Shown here piece by piece: positions 49,854 through 62,289 of a stretch of 64,000 nucleotides of DNA. The position numbers and the translations under genes were made by a program. The notes beneath the pieces are model-generated. The model was given only the letters and a program-made list of their open reading frames with translations. It made no database searches and was not told the DNA's origin. The stretch comes from Phoronis australis (taxonomy: Eukaryota > Animalia > Phoronida): NCBI GenBank assembly GCA_002633005.1, contig NMRA01000386.1, positions 15,184 through 79,183 on the forward strand, read 5' to 3'. How positions within the stretch are numbered: position 1 is the stretch's first letter; each line of letters opens with the position of its first letter.

Positions 49854-52800
49854 TGTAAGTGCAGACGCGTTCTGTGTGAGTAGTTTGACTTTATTTGCCA
49901 TCTGTTGGTGGTTTATGTGTTTGCTTAGCGGATTCTACAGCGTCTATTTTCCACGTGACTAATTCTTCAAAAGAAATTTGCGTATGTTTGGCAGACCTTG
50001 GGTTATAGCTGTAACACGCCACTTTGTATTTCAACGCATTTACCAATAAGTTTACTCTTAAAGTTTCGTCATGATTTATACCGCGAATTGATTTAAGTAC
50101 ATTACACTTAGTTTTGTTACATGTATATAGTCAGAACTTCAACGTAATTGTAAAGCGTATTCTGTACCTTTAGTTATCGTTGCCTCGAGTAGTTTGGCGT
50201 TTGTTTGAATAAGTATATATGTAATGTTAAACATTAGTATTGTAAGTTTGTAAACAACCAACGCATTGTCTCATAGAATGTTTTTGTATGTTACAGTTGA
50301 ACCGAGGAACTAAAAGTTTACTACGAATAAATAAAGTTTCTCAACGCAACTCATGCTCGCGTTCATCCGTGTGGGCCTAACGATTCTGGCGACCACATTT
50401 TTGTTTAAACCAATGAATGAGATGTCAACGCCTACAGCTATTAGCCACGTAGCTGGTGTCAAGTGTAAGCTAACGGCAACGTAACATGCCATGGGATACA
50501 ACGACGTCCTCTCCATACCGAACATGCCTGGCGACGTCGACTCTATTATTCCGAACATGCCTGACAAGGAGTGGAACCACTCGAAAAGCGTGTAGTCGTC
50601 ATTCTCTGCATATTCGTCTGTGTCTGCTTTATCATCCAAAACTATGTTAAAACTTTCTAAAGCTAAAACCAAGAAAGCTGAGCTTGAGGCACGCCTAGCC
50701 GCTGCAAAACTGAGCACAAATTAAAAACGACCATATAATAATTAAGATCTGGAATTGGAGGAACAGAAAAGTGCTACAGATTTACAAGTTGCTTCAGCCT
50801 ATGAGAAGGGTTTATCTGAAAGCTTATCAGACAGTTTTGTGCCCACCGACTCGGTGTTACCCGTAGCACCGTCAGGGTCTGCTGATAACCCTGCAGGTAC
50901 GTGTGAGCCATCCATCGTCTCATTGCAGTCTGTTGTTCCAAGTGCGCCTTCTAAAGTAACATTTCATAGTTCAAGCCAAGTAGTTCCAAGTGCGAACTCT
51001 GACGTACATGCAACTATCCCCCGTTCAAGTGTTAGTGTTTTCATGAAGTCTCAACTTCAGTCTTCTATATTGTATGCCATGCCGCCCTTATCAGCCGGTG
51101 CCTGTGTTGCTGTTACGTCACACTCGTCTGCGCCTTTGCTTAAAGACCAGTCATCAACGTCAGCATGTGTCAGCAGTGGATCTCTGCCAATTGTAGCAAC
51201 AGGTATACCAGACAACACCAACAACGCTTTGCACAGTCAGCATCAGCTTAATCCAAGCTCTAAGGTATTTACACTTTCTTATAATCAAGACGCTGTGCTA
51301 GACGCATTTGGTCATCAGTTAACCTAATACTGAAGTCCCAAGATTTGCAGGTGATATACTGGAACACAAAGCTTAGACTTTGGATTTTGAAACTAGGATT
51401 ACATCACGCATCACAAGGAATTCTGACAAGCTGTATGATTGAGAACAGCATCTTATCGATGAGCCTTAATTTCTTAATGGTGCCTGCCTGTACATGCATC
51501 TAGGCTGTGGTTATCAAGCTGCTCGACAATTGTTAGACAAAGAACATGGTGATCTAGTAAAAGTATCCAATGCTTATGTTGACATGATGATAAAATGACC
51601 ATTAATTCGACAATACGACATTTCCACTCTGAAGGAGGTAGGTTTATTTCTACAGGAGTGTTGGTGTGCCATGAGAGCTGTTCCTCATTTGGAGGTATTG
51701 AATCATCCGCCGAACTTATAAGCTGTTGCGAGAAAACTTCTGATGTATATGCAAAGTGATTGGCGAAAGAAAGTATCTGCCATTGAGAGATTTTGTCGGT
51801 CGCCGATCTTCGCCGACCTCGCTATATTCATCCAGCAGACTTCAGAGGTCACCTGCCATCCAATTTGCGGTAAGGAAGCACTTTCTCGCACACCACCATC
51901 CAATTCTATGCACCAACAAAGAAAATCACAACGTAACACGTCATTTGAGGTGGGTTTTAGTGGCGGATCACCTGCCAGCCAACGAATATTTTGTCCGATC
52001 TGCAGCCAAAAACACGACTTAGAAAACATGTTCTCGATTTTTGCAGAAGTCTCGTACTGGCAGGCGTTCTTTCTGAAGGACAAGCTTCTGTGTTTTGCCT
52101 GCTTTAGAGCGTCCCACAAGTCTAGAGGGTGCAAAAAGAAAAGAACATGCAGACAGTATAATGGTGAGCACCCGACGATGCTCCACGACAATAAATTTCG
52201 CAGGTGGAATGCAGAAGCCTCATGAAATAGTAAAACGATCGCTTCAGATGTTGCTACCCAGACGTGTAGTACTAACGCCATTGATGGAAATACATCTGTT
52301 CTACAGTCTATATAACCAGTGCAAGTGCGACAAGGTGATGGTAAAACGTTTAACACATACGCCGTTTATGACGATGACAGCAGTGCATGCTTCATCAAGG
52401 AAGATTTGCTCGACAGACTTACTGCGACGTACTACGAAGCTAACTTGCAAATGCATACCATGCACGGACGTGACGTCATCTCCTCTAAGGTTGTCGAAGG
52501 ATTAATCGTGAGAGACACCAGCGGAGAAAACACTGTCAGGTTGCAGAAGGCTTATAGCAGACCAGAGATCTCCGTTAGCCGTGAGTACAATCCTCCCCGA
52601 GGTGTATTGAGGCAGTTTCCTCATCTTGCTGAGCTAGCCATTTAAAGGAGAATGCCACCCGATTTAATTAGTCTTTTTAACGTCTTAATCGGTCTACATC
52701 CACACCGCCTCGCATACGGTGGACCTTACGTTGCCGAGAGGTGTCGCGTTATCCTGTGAGGAAGGTGAGAAGTGACGCAGTGACGTTAGTGGTTCATTTG

Positions 52801-54890
52801 CAGAGTGAATGCAGCTATGTTGGGAAAACTCGTTCCCGCTTGTCTGAACTATGCAGCTGCGGGTACATCGTTTTTTCGACTTCCTCGAGAATCCGAAATG
52901 CTTAGGAAGTGGCTCGCTGTAGTGATGAATGAAAAATAAATAGCAAGAACGAGGCCGTGAAACATCTCCGTGTCTGTGTCCTGCAGTCGTCGGCAGTGAG
53001 TCTGAAGTATGTCGGCTTACCAAATAACTATCCATACGTTCCGTTGCCTGAGCTTGTTCACGGCGCCTCTCTATTCTTTCTTCATCACTGTATTTCGGTT
53101 CAAACTAATAGCCTGTGAAACTTAAGGATCCACTTGCGAAGTCTTCGTCGGATGAGCTCTCATCTTAGTCGGGATTGCAAGTTGCCATGTTGAAGTTTAT
53201 AACTGAGTGTTCTGTTTCAAAATGAATTGTTCTCACCCTCACCAACACTTTTATAAAACTGAAACAAAGCCTGTCTCTCTAGATTCAATTTGTTGGAGTT
53301 TTCGTGAGTGCAAATAATTTGAGAAGCTAGCAATGAATAAATTATTGCGTTACCGGCTTTAGGTGCAATAAAAGTAATTGACCGGACACCGTGGCCGTGT
53401 GAGTGCTGACAGAAATTGTTATGAAACAATAACTCGATTTTCTATCTTTATTTACATATACATTATTCAAATAATGAATGTACAACTTCTGCCCTACATG
53501 TGGCTGTTCTGTGACCAAATGAGAACCTGAATTAGCGGCCCCCGACAAGTATGTAGATTTGAAGTTTCGCAGCTAATTCACGAGCGCATTACTTCTTTGG
53601 CTCAGTAGTATAGTATTGTCTTGTCTGGAAGTTCAGTTTTCAACTTTGGCTGGTTTATGTTCGTGATGTCTTCAGTCCGGCCGCGACGAGCCTGATTGGG
53701 TTCCGGGATAACAAGCGTTTTGCGTGCTTAGAACTCAAAAAATCACAAGTCTAAACAACGCAGATCTAAGTTCTCCTGTCAGTATGTCGCGGAAAAATAC
53801 TTCAGATTTATCTCCGAACACACCCCAAACTCCTGCTACGGATCTTGGTAAATTGGCCTGCCGAACTTCGTAGACTACGGTGTGTCCAAATACCAATAAA
53901 TACGTAACAGCAAAATAAAAAAAATATGTTTTTATAAGAACTCAGTGTATTTGTAAGGGATTTACATCAAAGTTTGACGATTTATTGGTGTTAAACGATA
54001 AATTCAAGTGATAAGCTGACTCCAGTAACCCGTGTTTTCAACTGCTGAACAGACTGCGTGTGAAACCAATGATGTCATTAGATAATTTCAACACCTTCGT
54101 CTGCCGTCAGGTGTCAGGTGACGCAACCTAACGTGCCGTTATCGAGTAGAACTACTCCATCTAAATTGATACAAAATAGGTTATTTTTGGGTCGCATGCT
54201 CCTATAAGTTCCAGATTGGACTTTTGATAGACAACAGTTGCCCGGAAGCATTTAAGCTTCGTGATGTGACGTCGACATTAGCTGGAGGTCCGTATAATGT
54301 TCTCCTGAAGCATGGGTGGACGGTGAATGACCCCCGGAAGCTATGACATGTTACAGCTTGATTTGCAACGATACTGTTTGTTAGAAAATTAGTACCGATA
54401 CCAATGAGCGACAGTAACATGTATCTCTGCTACAGCTGTCCTGAAAATGTTTGAGAACGATTTCAGTGATGACATCACAGCTTTTCCTGACGAAAAAGGC
54501 TTGTGTTATGAAGACCGACGATTTTTGGAAATTGTGGAAATAAATGATGGCCACAACAAAGTGCACGTGCCTTTCCGAAAAAGTAACCGAGCCAGTGGAA
54601 GTTTATCCAGACGACATTGATTCAAGAGGCGTTGCGGCTGAGAAGTTTATTGCTGATGGTAGTTGGTTGAACAGATCTCGATTTTTGTGGCAGCCTGAGA
54701 ACTAATGGGTAGACCAACCATACGTGCTCAATCAACTACGAGACACCACGACCGTCAACGCCGCAGTGACATATGATTCTACCGATTCTGTTTGATCCTC
54801 TATAACCTTATTATCTATTTTTCAGATTGGTATTGCCTTTGCAGAGCTGTGGTTCATTATATGAGTCTTCGTCAGTTTCTCCTTAAAAGA
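49854..54890 (+). mobile_element. Decayed Bel/Pao LTR retrotransposon (5' LTR-like region, gag, protease, pol remnants)
   Basis: Three Bel/Pao-type zinc knuckles (CPICSQKHDL, CFACFRASHKSRGC, CRQYNGEHPTMLHD); protease TYAVYDDDSSACFIKEDL. After the nested insertion come IGLLIDNSCPEA...GPY...HGWTV, EDRRFLEIV and DIDSRG...W....FLWQPE. Most of the RT is deleted. The LTR-like region runs 49854-~50383, followed by tggcgacca. Confidence 0.9.
52646..54203 (-). mobile_element. Kolobok-type DNA transposon derivative nested in the Bel/Pao element
   Basis: TTAA|aggagaatgccaccc ... gggtcgcatgctcct|ATAA: 15-bp TIRs with 13/15 match, and a TTAA-type TSD with one mismatch. It interrupts Bel/Pao coding sequence exactly and carries a stop-interrupted minus-strand ORF at 53188-52694. 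Confidence 0.78.
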
Positions 54891-55328
54891 CGATGCAAGT
54901 GACAAGCTCTTAGTTAACTACCTGTTCGTTAACCCTTGCCCTTGCGAAAATCCTCTCTAGAATCTTCCACGAGATGGCTCTGTTGTACAATTTCCTCTGT
55001 ACACTTTAGCAAGTCTTTATGCTTCAATTACAACAGCTCATCTGAACATCTTGATTATTATAATATTGTACTTATTTAGTGATTGGCTAAAAAACACATG
55101 ACGATATCCAATCATTGGCTGTTACGATTCATTCTCAGAAATTTTCAGAGTCTCTAGAGTGTTTTGACTCCAGAACCAAAAATGTAAACACCATCTAAAA
55201 TAGATTTTGACGTTAAGGTACATGTCAACAAGTTTGACTGCATGATTTAAGAGTACATATTCTCAAATTTTGGGCAACTTAAAATGTATCTATTCTTACT
55301 TATTACCTAATCAATATTTATTCTGACA
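54890..55328 (-). repeat. Inverted partial copy of the LTR-like repeat at 40661-41100
   Basis: cgatgcaagtgacaagctcttagttaa is the reverse complement of ttaactaagagcttgtcacttgcatcg (~41074-41100); homology continues to atttattctgaca. Confidence 0.85.
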
Positions 55329-55659
55329 TACAGATTAAATGTTACTGAAAGTGACACTTGGCGGAGAAAACTTTACACAAATTCCATGATCTATAGGCTA
55401 CAATGTTTAAACAAGGAAGTAAAAGTCATTGACAAATATGATATAGATTGCAAAAGCACCATGTCAAATCAAGCTTTTGAAAAGTCCTGACCACAAGTAA
55501 GCATTTTCTTTATACATGTGAGTTATTTTGAGTAGTCTTAAGCAGCAGCTCTACGTAGGCGGTTCGCGGTTTCGGGTCGCATACATGCACGTGAGAAACC
55601 GTTGAAGAACGGTATCGATTGCAATATTTTTAGAATTAAATACCCCAATAATTACTTAC

Positions 55660-55698
55660 CAGGTGTAACAGTCGTGGTCGGTGGCTGTGTGGTAAATT
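55660..55698 (-). CDS. CUB-MAM protein, 39-nt Thr/Pro-rich linker micro-exon
   Basis: tttctttgacag|AA TTT...CCT G|gtaagt, phase 1-1, strong splice sites. (E)FTTQPPTTTVTP joins the CUB and MAM exons in frame. Confidence 0.85.
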
Positions 55699-56789
55699 CT
55701 GTCAAAGAAAGCGTTGTATTTTTAAATGGCAACATTTCAAAAACAAATTCCCCAAATCCTACCCTTACTAATATGAAATCGTTTTTGTGTTTTTTATTTT
55801 GACAGGCAACTATACCCAGTACACCGTCTTAATTTTTGGAAATTTCTACACCGCCTGAATTGATTGTTGAATAAGATGGACGTCTGTTACTGCCGCGTCA
55901 GCACAAGCATCTGTGATAAAAATGGTAAAGTTTTATATATTTGTTTACACCCATCCCTGGTTAAATTAATTGGTGGCATGCTACGTTTTGGTAATTGTTT
56001 CACGAATATCAAAAGGACGAACGCAAATATATTTATAGTTACAATATATTCCAAAGTATAAAGTTTCGGTTTAGTCTTGAGCCATCGTAAATGTCACAAG
56101 TCCAAAGGGACAATTAACACAACGTAAAGATACATCTAAAGCCATAAGTACAGCTTTGACCACAACTCTCAATTGAATGAACTGATTTTCTGGTTCAAAA
56201 TCGTTTTATAATGAAGAGCATTAATCTACAACGACTCTTTTTATAAGCAAATTAATTTTATTTTTGTCACTTGCCAAGACCTGAAGAGCAGGCTAACACC
56301 AATTGTCTGTATAAAAGTGACCATAAACACTTTCCTGTATTTTTCATTCCTACGATATCAAGGATTCTGAGTATTAGACTGAAAGACCAAAACAAGTTAG
56401 ACACTCAGGTCTTAGCAGATGTCCCTCTAAGACCGAAACAATTCAAAGATAACGGTTAACCCTCTACATTTCTTTAGGTGGTGGTTATGCTTAGTTGTTG
56501 GGATTGAAAGAAACGTTTAGCTGATGTGAGTGAACGAAGAAGAGAATTTCCTTCTTTATAATTTCGACCCGTGGTAAGTTTTGTACTTTTGTTTTTTAAA
56601 GACGTCCTCTCTAACCTTTCTGGAGTACCAGTCTTCTTCCTTGGCAACTATGTTGCTTTGATTACTGCATACAGAGATAGCAATTGCTCCTCTAGTCCAG
56701 TGGGACTATATTCATTATGTTCTTTATTTCTTCGCTTGGTTTCAGTACACTACCGATAGACGAGTCTCCTGTGCACTAAAATTGGTATA

Positions 56790-57170
56790 TATCACACAGC
56801 AATGGCGATCATGTGGGTGGGGCCCTTGGGGGTTGAGCTAGCAGGTTTTTAAGGGAGTTGATAGGCTTCACGAAGGTTCTGAATCATAGCACGCAAGTGT
56901 TTTGAGAGGGGGGTCGGTTGAGCACCCACTCTTTCAGCGTGTGTCTGACAGGCATGATCTTCTCCCTTGAGAGGATGCCTCTACAGAATAGCTGGACACA
57001 GAAAAACAATCGACTGCTGTCTTTTCCCACATGAGAGGGCTCTCAGAACATTTACGTCACGTTTGCAAGATTTAGGATGTCAACACCTTCACGAAACCTA
57101 TCAACATTCTAAGAAACCAGCTAGCTCATCCCTGGGAGCCTACCCTTCTTGATCGTAAATGTTTATTGAT
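56790..57170. mobile_element. MITE-like element with long imperfect TIRs
   Basis: tgagctagcaggtttttaagggagttgataggcttcacgaagg pairs with ccttcacgaaacctatcaacattctaagaaaccagctagctca. Confidence 0.7.
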
Positions 57171-57171
57171 A

Positions 57172-57445
57172 TACCGACACTTAACTACCTCTGGTCACTA
57201 TGAAGTGATCACGTCAACATCCTAGCTAAAGAATAAAACTGTTAATCCAAGAATTGTTAAAGAGGCCATCTATACGAAAACCAAAATGCCTACCATGAGC
57301 AAGAGAATTCTACTTTGTCCTATATATTATGTTCTCTGGGGTTGCAGAAGGGCGGGAAACACCTATAATCGTCAACTTGTTGACATGGACTGCAGACAGC
57401 AGCTTGAAACGTTCAAAACGGCAAGCAAGTAATCTATGAGGATAT
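57172..57445 (+). mobile_element. Penelope-like element 3' remnant (GIY-YIG endonuclease C-terminus)
   Basis: Broken frame HLTTSGH...HVNILAKE*N...RIVKEAIYTKTKMPTM fits PLE H....GH...vkIL.kE.n...R.ikEAiyI...P.lN. It is followed by a degenerate hammerhead-like ...ctgc agaca gcag..GAAAC gttc. Confidence 0.65.
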
Positions 57446-57535
57446 GAAATTCTTTACCCTATCCCCACCAGAGACTAGGAAAATTCTTTTTTGTATCGTA
57501 TGTGTACCTGCAAGTGTAACTCATCAATGTCTTAC

Positions 57536-57687
57536 CACTTGCTTGCGCGAGTCTGGCGGTGAAGCGGAATCCCTTGGCAGCAGAGAATGACCTGCTTGTG
57601 GCGTCAAATATCACCATCATCTGAGAAGAGCTGTAGTCCAAGAAGGTGTGAACGTCACCTGGTGAGTCATTGAAACTCCCGCAATAC
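57536..57687 (-). CDS. CUB-MAM protein, exon for the C-terminal half of a CUB domain
   Basis: actttaacag|G TAT TGC GGG...AGT G|gtaaga, 152 nt, phase 2-1. YCGSFNDSPGDVHTFLDYSSSQMMVIFDATSRSFSAAKGFRFTARLAQAS fits CUB ryCG...ss..m.V.F......kGF. Confidence 0.88.
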
Positions 57688-58955
57688 CTGTTAAAGTACA
57701 GTTAATCTGGAAGTAACATGGCAAAGCCCGAGAGCTTGAAGTCATTTTGATTTTACCTTTGCCAGTATTTTGGTTTTGTATAGAGGTTCATACCTTTAAC
57801 TAAAGTCGGAAGTGTGCAAATGAAATGTTATTGGTTTTAATAACACACATATTGGAAAGGATAGTGCAATTGTCATTGTATGCGGATGAGATAATTAATT
57901 GTAATTATTTAGGATTGTTATCACTTGATGTATATTTTAAATTGCTTTCCTTGTGGTTAGGGATCAAGGTTCTTTATTTTTGTACATGAATAATTTACAT
58001 GTAGAACAGTTTCCTGCACCCCTACAAAATTGTAATATACATGTAGTTCCTTTGCAACGGCCTACAGACAGTGTTAAAAGTGGTATTATTGGTTGTTATG
58101 TATGATGTACAAAAGCAACTGATATTACCCACAGTTTATTTTTCATTATGTGACAGAATCCCACATTTCAAAATATATTCACATAGGCTGTTGATTCTTG
58201 TATCTGAGCTTTGGCCTCAGTTGCCGTTTGCGATTTTTGACTGACGTATTTCACTGAACTTTATTTTATGTGTGGACGATCGCATATCAAATTGCCAGAC
58301 AGCATAAACTCACTCGTCGTTTCGATTTCGTGTGGCATTTCTGTTCGTTTGTGTTACCGACACCTTTCGCATACTATGTATTTGATTGTGATTGCGAGAT
58401 ACCCGTTCTGTTCCCAGTCTGTCAGTTGGAAACACTACAACTGTGATTATTTGTGGACATTAATTGAGTTCTTGCCATTTTATTTTGCCCGCAGAAAAAA
58501 CTACTCTCCATCCATGAACAACCCTGCCCACGAGGCACATACTGAGCCTCAACACCACGTTCCTTACAATATCTTTTTTATCACTCCGCTGGGCTGCTCA
58601 CTCAGCTTGCACTGAGCCTGTTTTGAAGGTTGTTATAGCCCAGTTGGCTGTTTGGTGTACCCACTTGGTACTTTATGTGATATTTGCCCATTTGGCAGCT
58701 TGTACCAATTTGGTAATTGTTATTGGATTTGTCGTTTTGCTCAACCCACTTGGTAGGCAATCGGCCAAGACCTGTTTGGTATTAAGTACCCATTTGTTAC
58801 TATGCTACTGTGCCACTTAGTATCCGATACTCAATTACACATTGGGTATCGTAAATGTGTGTGTTATCCCTTGTAATTAAGGAATCCATCCGATTCCTTC
58901 TGTGAAATATTTATTAGTAGAGCTGTGACCCTGAAATTCCCAATACAATAGCATT

Positions 58956-60373
58956 TTTTTTCTGTGAAAAACACCCTTTTGGGTGGCACTTTTGGTATAC
59001 CTCTTCTGTAGAATGACCTCTGGGCTGACACGAAATGAATTTGGCTACCAATTATCATTTTTATTAGTATTAAATTACTACTACTACTATTATTACTATT
59101 ATTATTACTACTATTACTGCTGTTAATACTACCACTGCTGTTACTCGTTATCGTTTTAGTTATTATTATTAGTATTATGCATATTTTAAAAGTTATTTAA
59201 CGAGGACACAATACATGTTTAGCAAAGTGCTAATACATCATGGTCCTCAAATATTCTAAAATCATCTCATTTATGGTTCAATGTTTTCATTGGGCTTTCC
59301 ATAGTAGACAAGCAAGTGATGTTGCAAAGGATTTTAAAGGCACATTATGTTCAGCCTTAACAATATTGTGAGGAACCTCTTGAAAGCTGTGGATGCAGTA
59401 GGCACATCTCTTGGAAACGAGGAGGTTGAGATTTGAAATCTCCTTGTTTAGACGTGCACTGATACGCCGTAAAATGTAACAATTTCGTAAAATGTAAGAA
59501 CTGATACATTTTACATCCTTGTTACATTTTACGCTGCTAAGACTCTCCTAAAATGTAACAAGTTGTTACATTTTACGTAGTTGTTACATTTCACGCGAAC
59601 GCACATGCGAGAAATGTACCATTGTTACATTTGACGAAACCCACGCCATATTGCACGGAAAATAACCAAAATCACAAACAAGTAGTATCTGACACGTGTA
59701 TTTTTGTACGAGGGTGAATACGTACCCGTTTAGAGAGTGGGCTCGTACAAAAAACTGACCCATTTAGAGACTAATTTGTGGAAAAATTTGCGCACACTTT
59801 TGTTCCAGAAATTCAGGAACGGCACCTTTTAGATATAATTTTGTCGAAAATGGCACCATTTTGGAGAGTATTTTTTCTGTGGATAAACACCCTTTTGGGC
59901 GACACTTTTCGCGTACCTCTTCTATATAATGTCCTCAGGGATGACACGAAATGAATTTCGCTACCTATTATCATTTTTATTAGTATGACATTGCTATTAC
60001 TACTATTATTACTATTACTATTATTACTGCTATTACTACTATCATTACTGTTACTCGTTACCGTTTTCGTTATCGTTGTTATTATCATTACTATGAATGT
60101 TTTAAAATTTATTTTACGAGGACACAATACATGTTCAGAAAAGTGCTAAAACACCATGGTCTTCAAAGATTTTAAAATTATCTCATTTATGGTTCAATGT
60201 TTTCATCAGGCTTTCCATAGTGGACAGCGAGTGCTGTTCCAATGGATTTTAAAGGGATTCCCATGTTCAGCCTTAACGATATTTTGAGGAACGTCTTGAC
60301 AGCTGTGGATGCAGAGTAGGCCTACTTCTTGGAAACGAGGAGGTTGAGATTTAAAGTCTTGTTTAGACGTGCA
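58956..60373 (+). repeat. Direct duplication of ~500 bp (58956-59459 and 59871-60373), each copy with a (TAC/TAT)n microsatellite
   Basis: Colinear from ttttttctgtg..aaacacccttttggg to cttgtttagacgtgcac. Confidence 0.88.
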
Positions 60374-62192
60374 CCAACTTAAAAAATTGATTATTTCTGA
60401 CCTGTCAGAAAGCACTGTATTATTTGTAAATATTACTATATCCATCTGTAGTTTGCCACGAAGAACTGAATTCAGACCGCACTAATTCACTTGGGACTTT
60501 CATCTTAACGTGAGGATACCCACCCGTACGTGTAATCATTTTTGTCTCTTACTGAACGCATTCCTTGACAAAGAACTGGGGATTGTTCCACGATTATATG
60601 TAAGTTCAAATTTGCGTTCAGTTGAACTCTGGCGGCAGACATTTTTCGAGAACTAACGATTAGTCGGCTGCGGTCACTGGGTCATTAGAATAGGTGGTAA
60701 TGGAGATACAAGTACAAAACGCGCAACAACTTTAAGTGGAACGGGCCCCAATATTCTTAGAAAAACACAGGGATTTAACAGAGTGATTTGAACTGTTTCA
60801 TTGAAAGTGGATTGTATGGAACAAAAAACCGCCAACGTTGAAGTCAGTGATGTTTAATATGAGCATTTTATGTAATGTATCAAAAGGGTAAATATACATG
60901 TACCAAATTCGTTTATGTGCGAGTTGCAACACAAAAAATGGCGCCTCATGAGACACGTGACTTTAAGTCCATTAATAATACAATGTCAAATCTTTGTCTT
61001 TATATGTACTTCGAACTAATGAAAATTGACCAAATAACAATTTCAATTCATATTTTATGTTATAAGGTAATAGAACGAGAAAGTGCATGTTTTTGTAGTC
61101 CGATAGGCCGACAGTCAGCTTTTTGGACTATTGCTCCTATCGACCTAGACCTGTCCAGGTTTGAGCAAAATAACCAAGTCCTTTGAGATTGCAAAAGATT
61201 TTCTATTTCCTCAGCTAGGCATCCCATTTTTACGTATACACGTTACCACCACTATTTCAGACAGGTTTGACATCATAGAGACAATGATATTTCTTTCAGT
61301 TTTTACTCTGCCACCACTTTTTCACACGCCCTTCGCAAAGCCGATATTTTGCTGTTGATTGGGCAAAATCTTTCAACCTGACAGCAAATAAATGAGTGCT
61401 TTTACTTCCTTCTACCACAATGTCCTTAAGAAAAAGTCATTCGTGAATAAGGTGGTAGACAGAACCTGTCGGCATCAGAAACGTTGGTTTTACTCCTTTT
61501 GTGTGGAGCAGGTCAATTACTACATTAGCTATGACTCCGAGGCAATAAAACACTTGTCGAAATAAACCAAACTATCCTGGACTAAAACTGTTTTTCCTCC
61601 GTCAAATTGGCTTCCGAAATTGAAATCTCAATAAAATATTTTGTTACTGTCGTTTGTTCCCGAAAAGATACGATAGATATTAGCCAAATACGATGTCATT
61701 GTTGTGCTTACCAAGGGAAGTGTGTTTACTGTGATGCCGGATACAGAATTGATTTATGATCTGTGGGCGTCAACAAAAGCTTGCAAGAACGCTTCAACAG
61801 TAAAAAAACTTTTTACCTGATCCAGGAAACTCCTTTCGTGTGGACTTGAAACTGAACGTTGTGCATTTTTTACTATACCATGAAACTACTTATGCTAAAA
61901 AACAAGTAAAGCACATAAGGACACATCTTTAAGCTTGACCTGGAACATTTGATAGAATTTCATTCATACAATCAGAAAAAGTAGGCGTTAAGTGTGTGAA
62001 CGGTTTTCTTCCGTGTGACACATATCATGCGAACTCATGAAATATGACGTTGCTTTTGTAACATGTAACAATGGTATATTTCTCGCATGTGCATTCGACG
62101 TAAATTGTAACAATTACATATAATATAACAAGTTGTTACATTTTAGGAGAAGCCTAGCAACGCAAAATGTAACAATGACGTGAAATGTAACA
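59465..62192. repeat. Inverted pair of AAAATGTAAC-rich elements (59465-59660 and 62040-62192)
   Basis: gcacatgcgagaaatgtaccattgttacat (~59601) pairs with atgtaacaatggtatatttctcgcatgtgc (~62063); each arm is built from aaaatgtaac/gttacatttt units. Confidence 0.7.
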
Positions 62193-62289
62193 GACTTTAG
62201 CATATCAAGCCAAGGCCGATCACCGCCAAAGTCTTTTTTCACAAGCTAACACTGTAGGCCAATACTCCAAAGAATACGGGAATATACGC

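Larger units (their letters stand above)
17100..57687 (-). other. Span of the 5'-incomplete gene for an extracellular CUB - Thr/Pro linker - MAM protein (possibly the tail of an astacin/BP10-SpAN-type metalloprotease)
   Basis: The exon chain has canonical GT/AG sites and continuous phases 2-1, 1-1, 1-0, 0-1, 1-0, 0-stop. The astacin assignment is inferred from domain order only; no protease exon is visible in the window. Confidence 0.8.

Noticed and set aside
50755-51327. 190-aa Ser/Pro-rich ORF as a host gene
   Set aside because: It lies between Bel/Pao gag segments and is best read as the low-complexity gag spacer.
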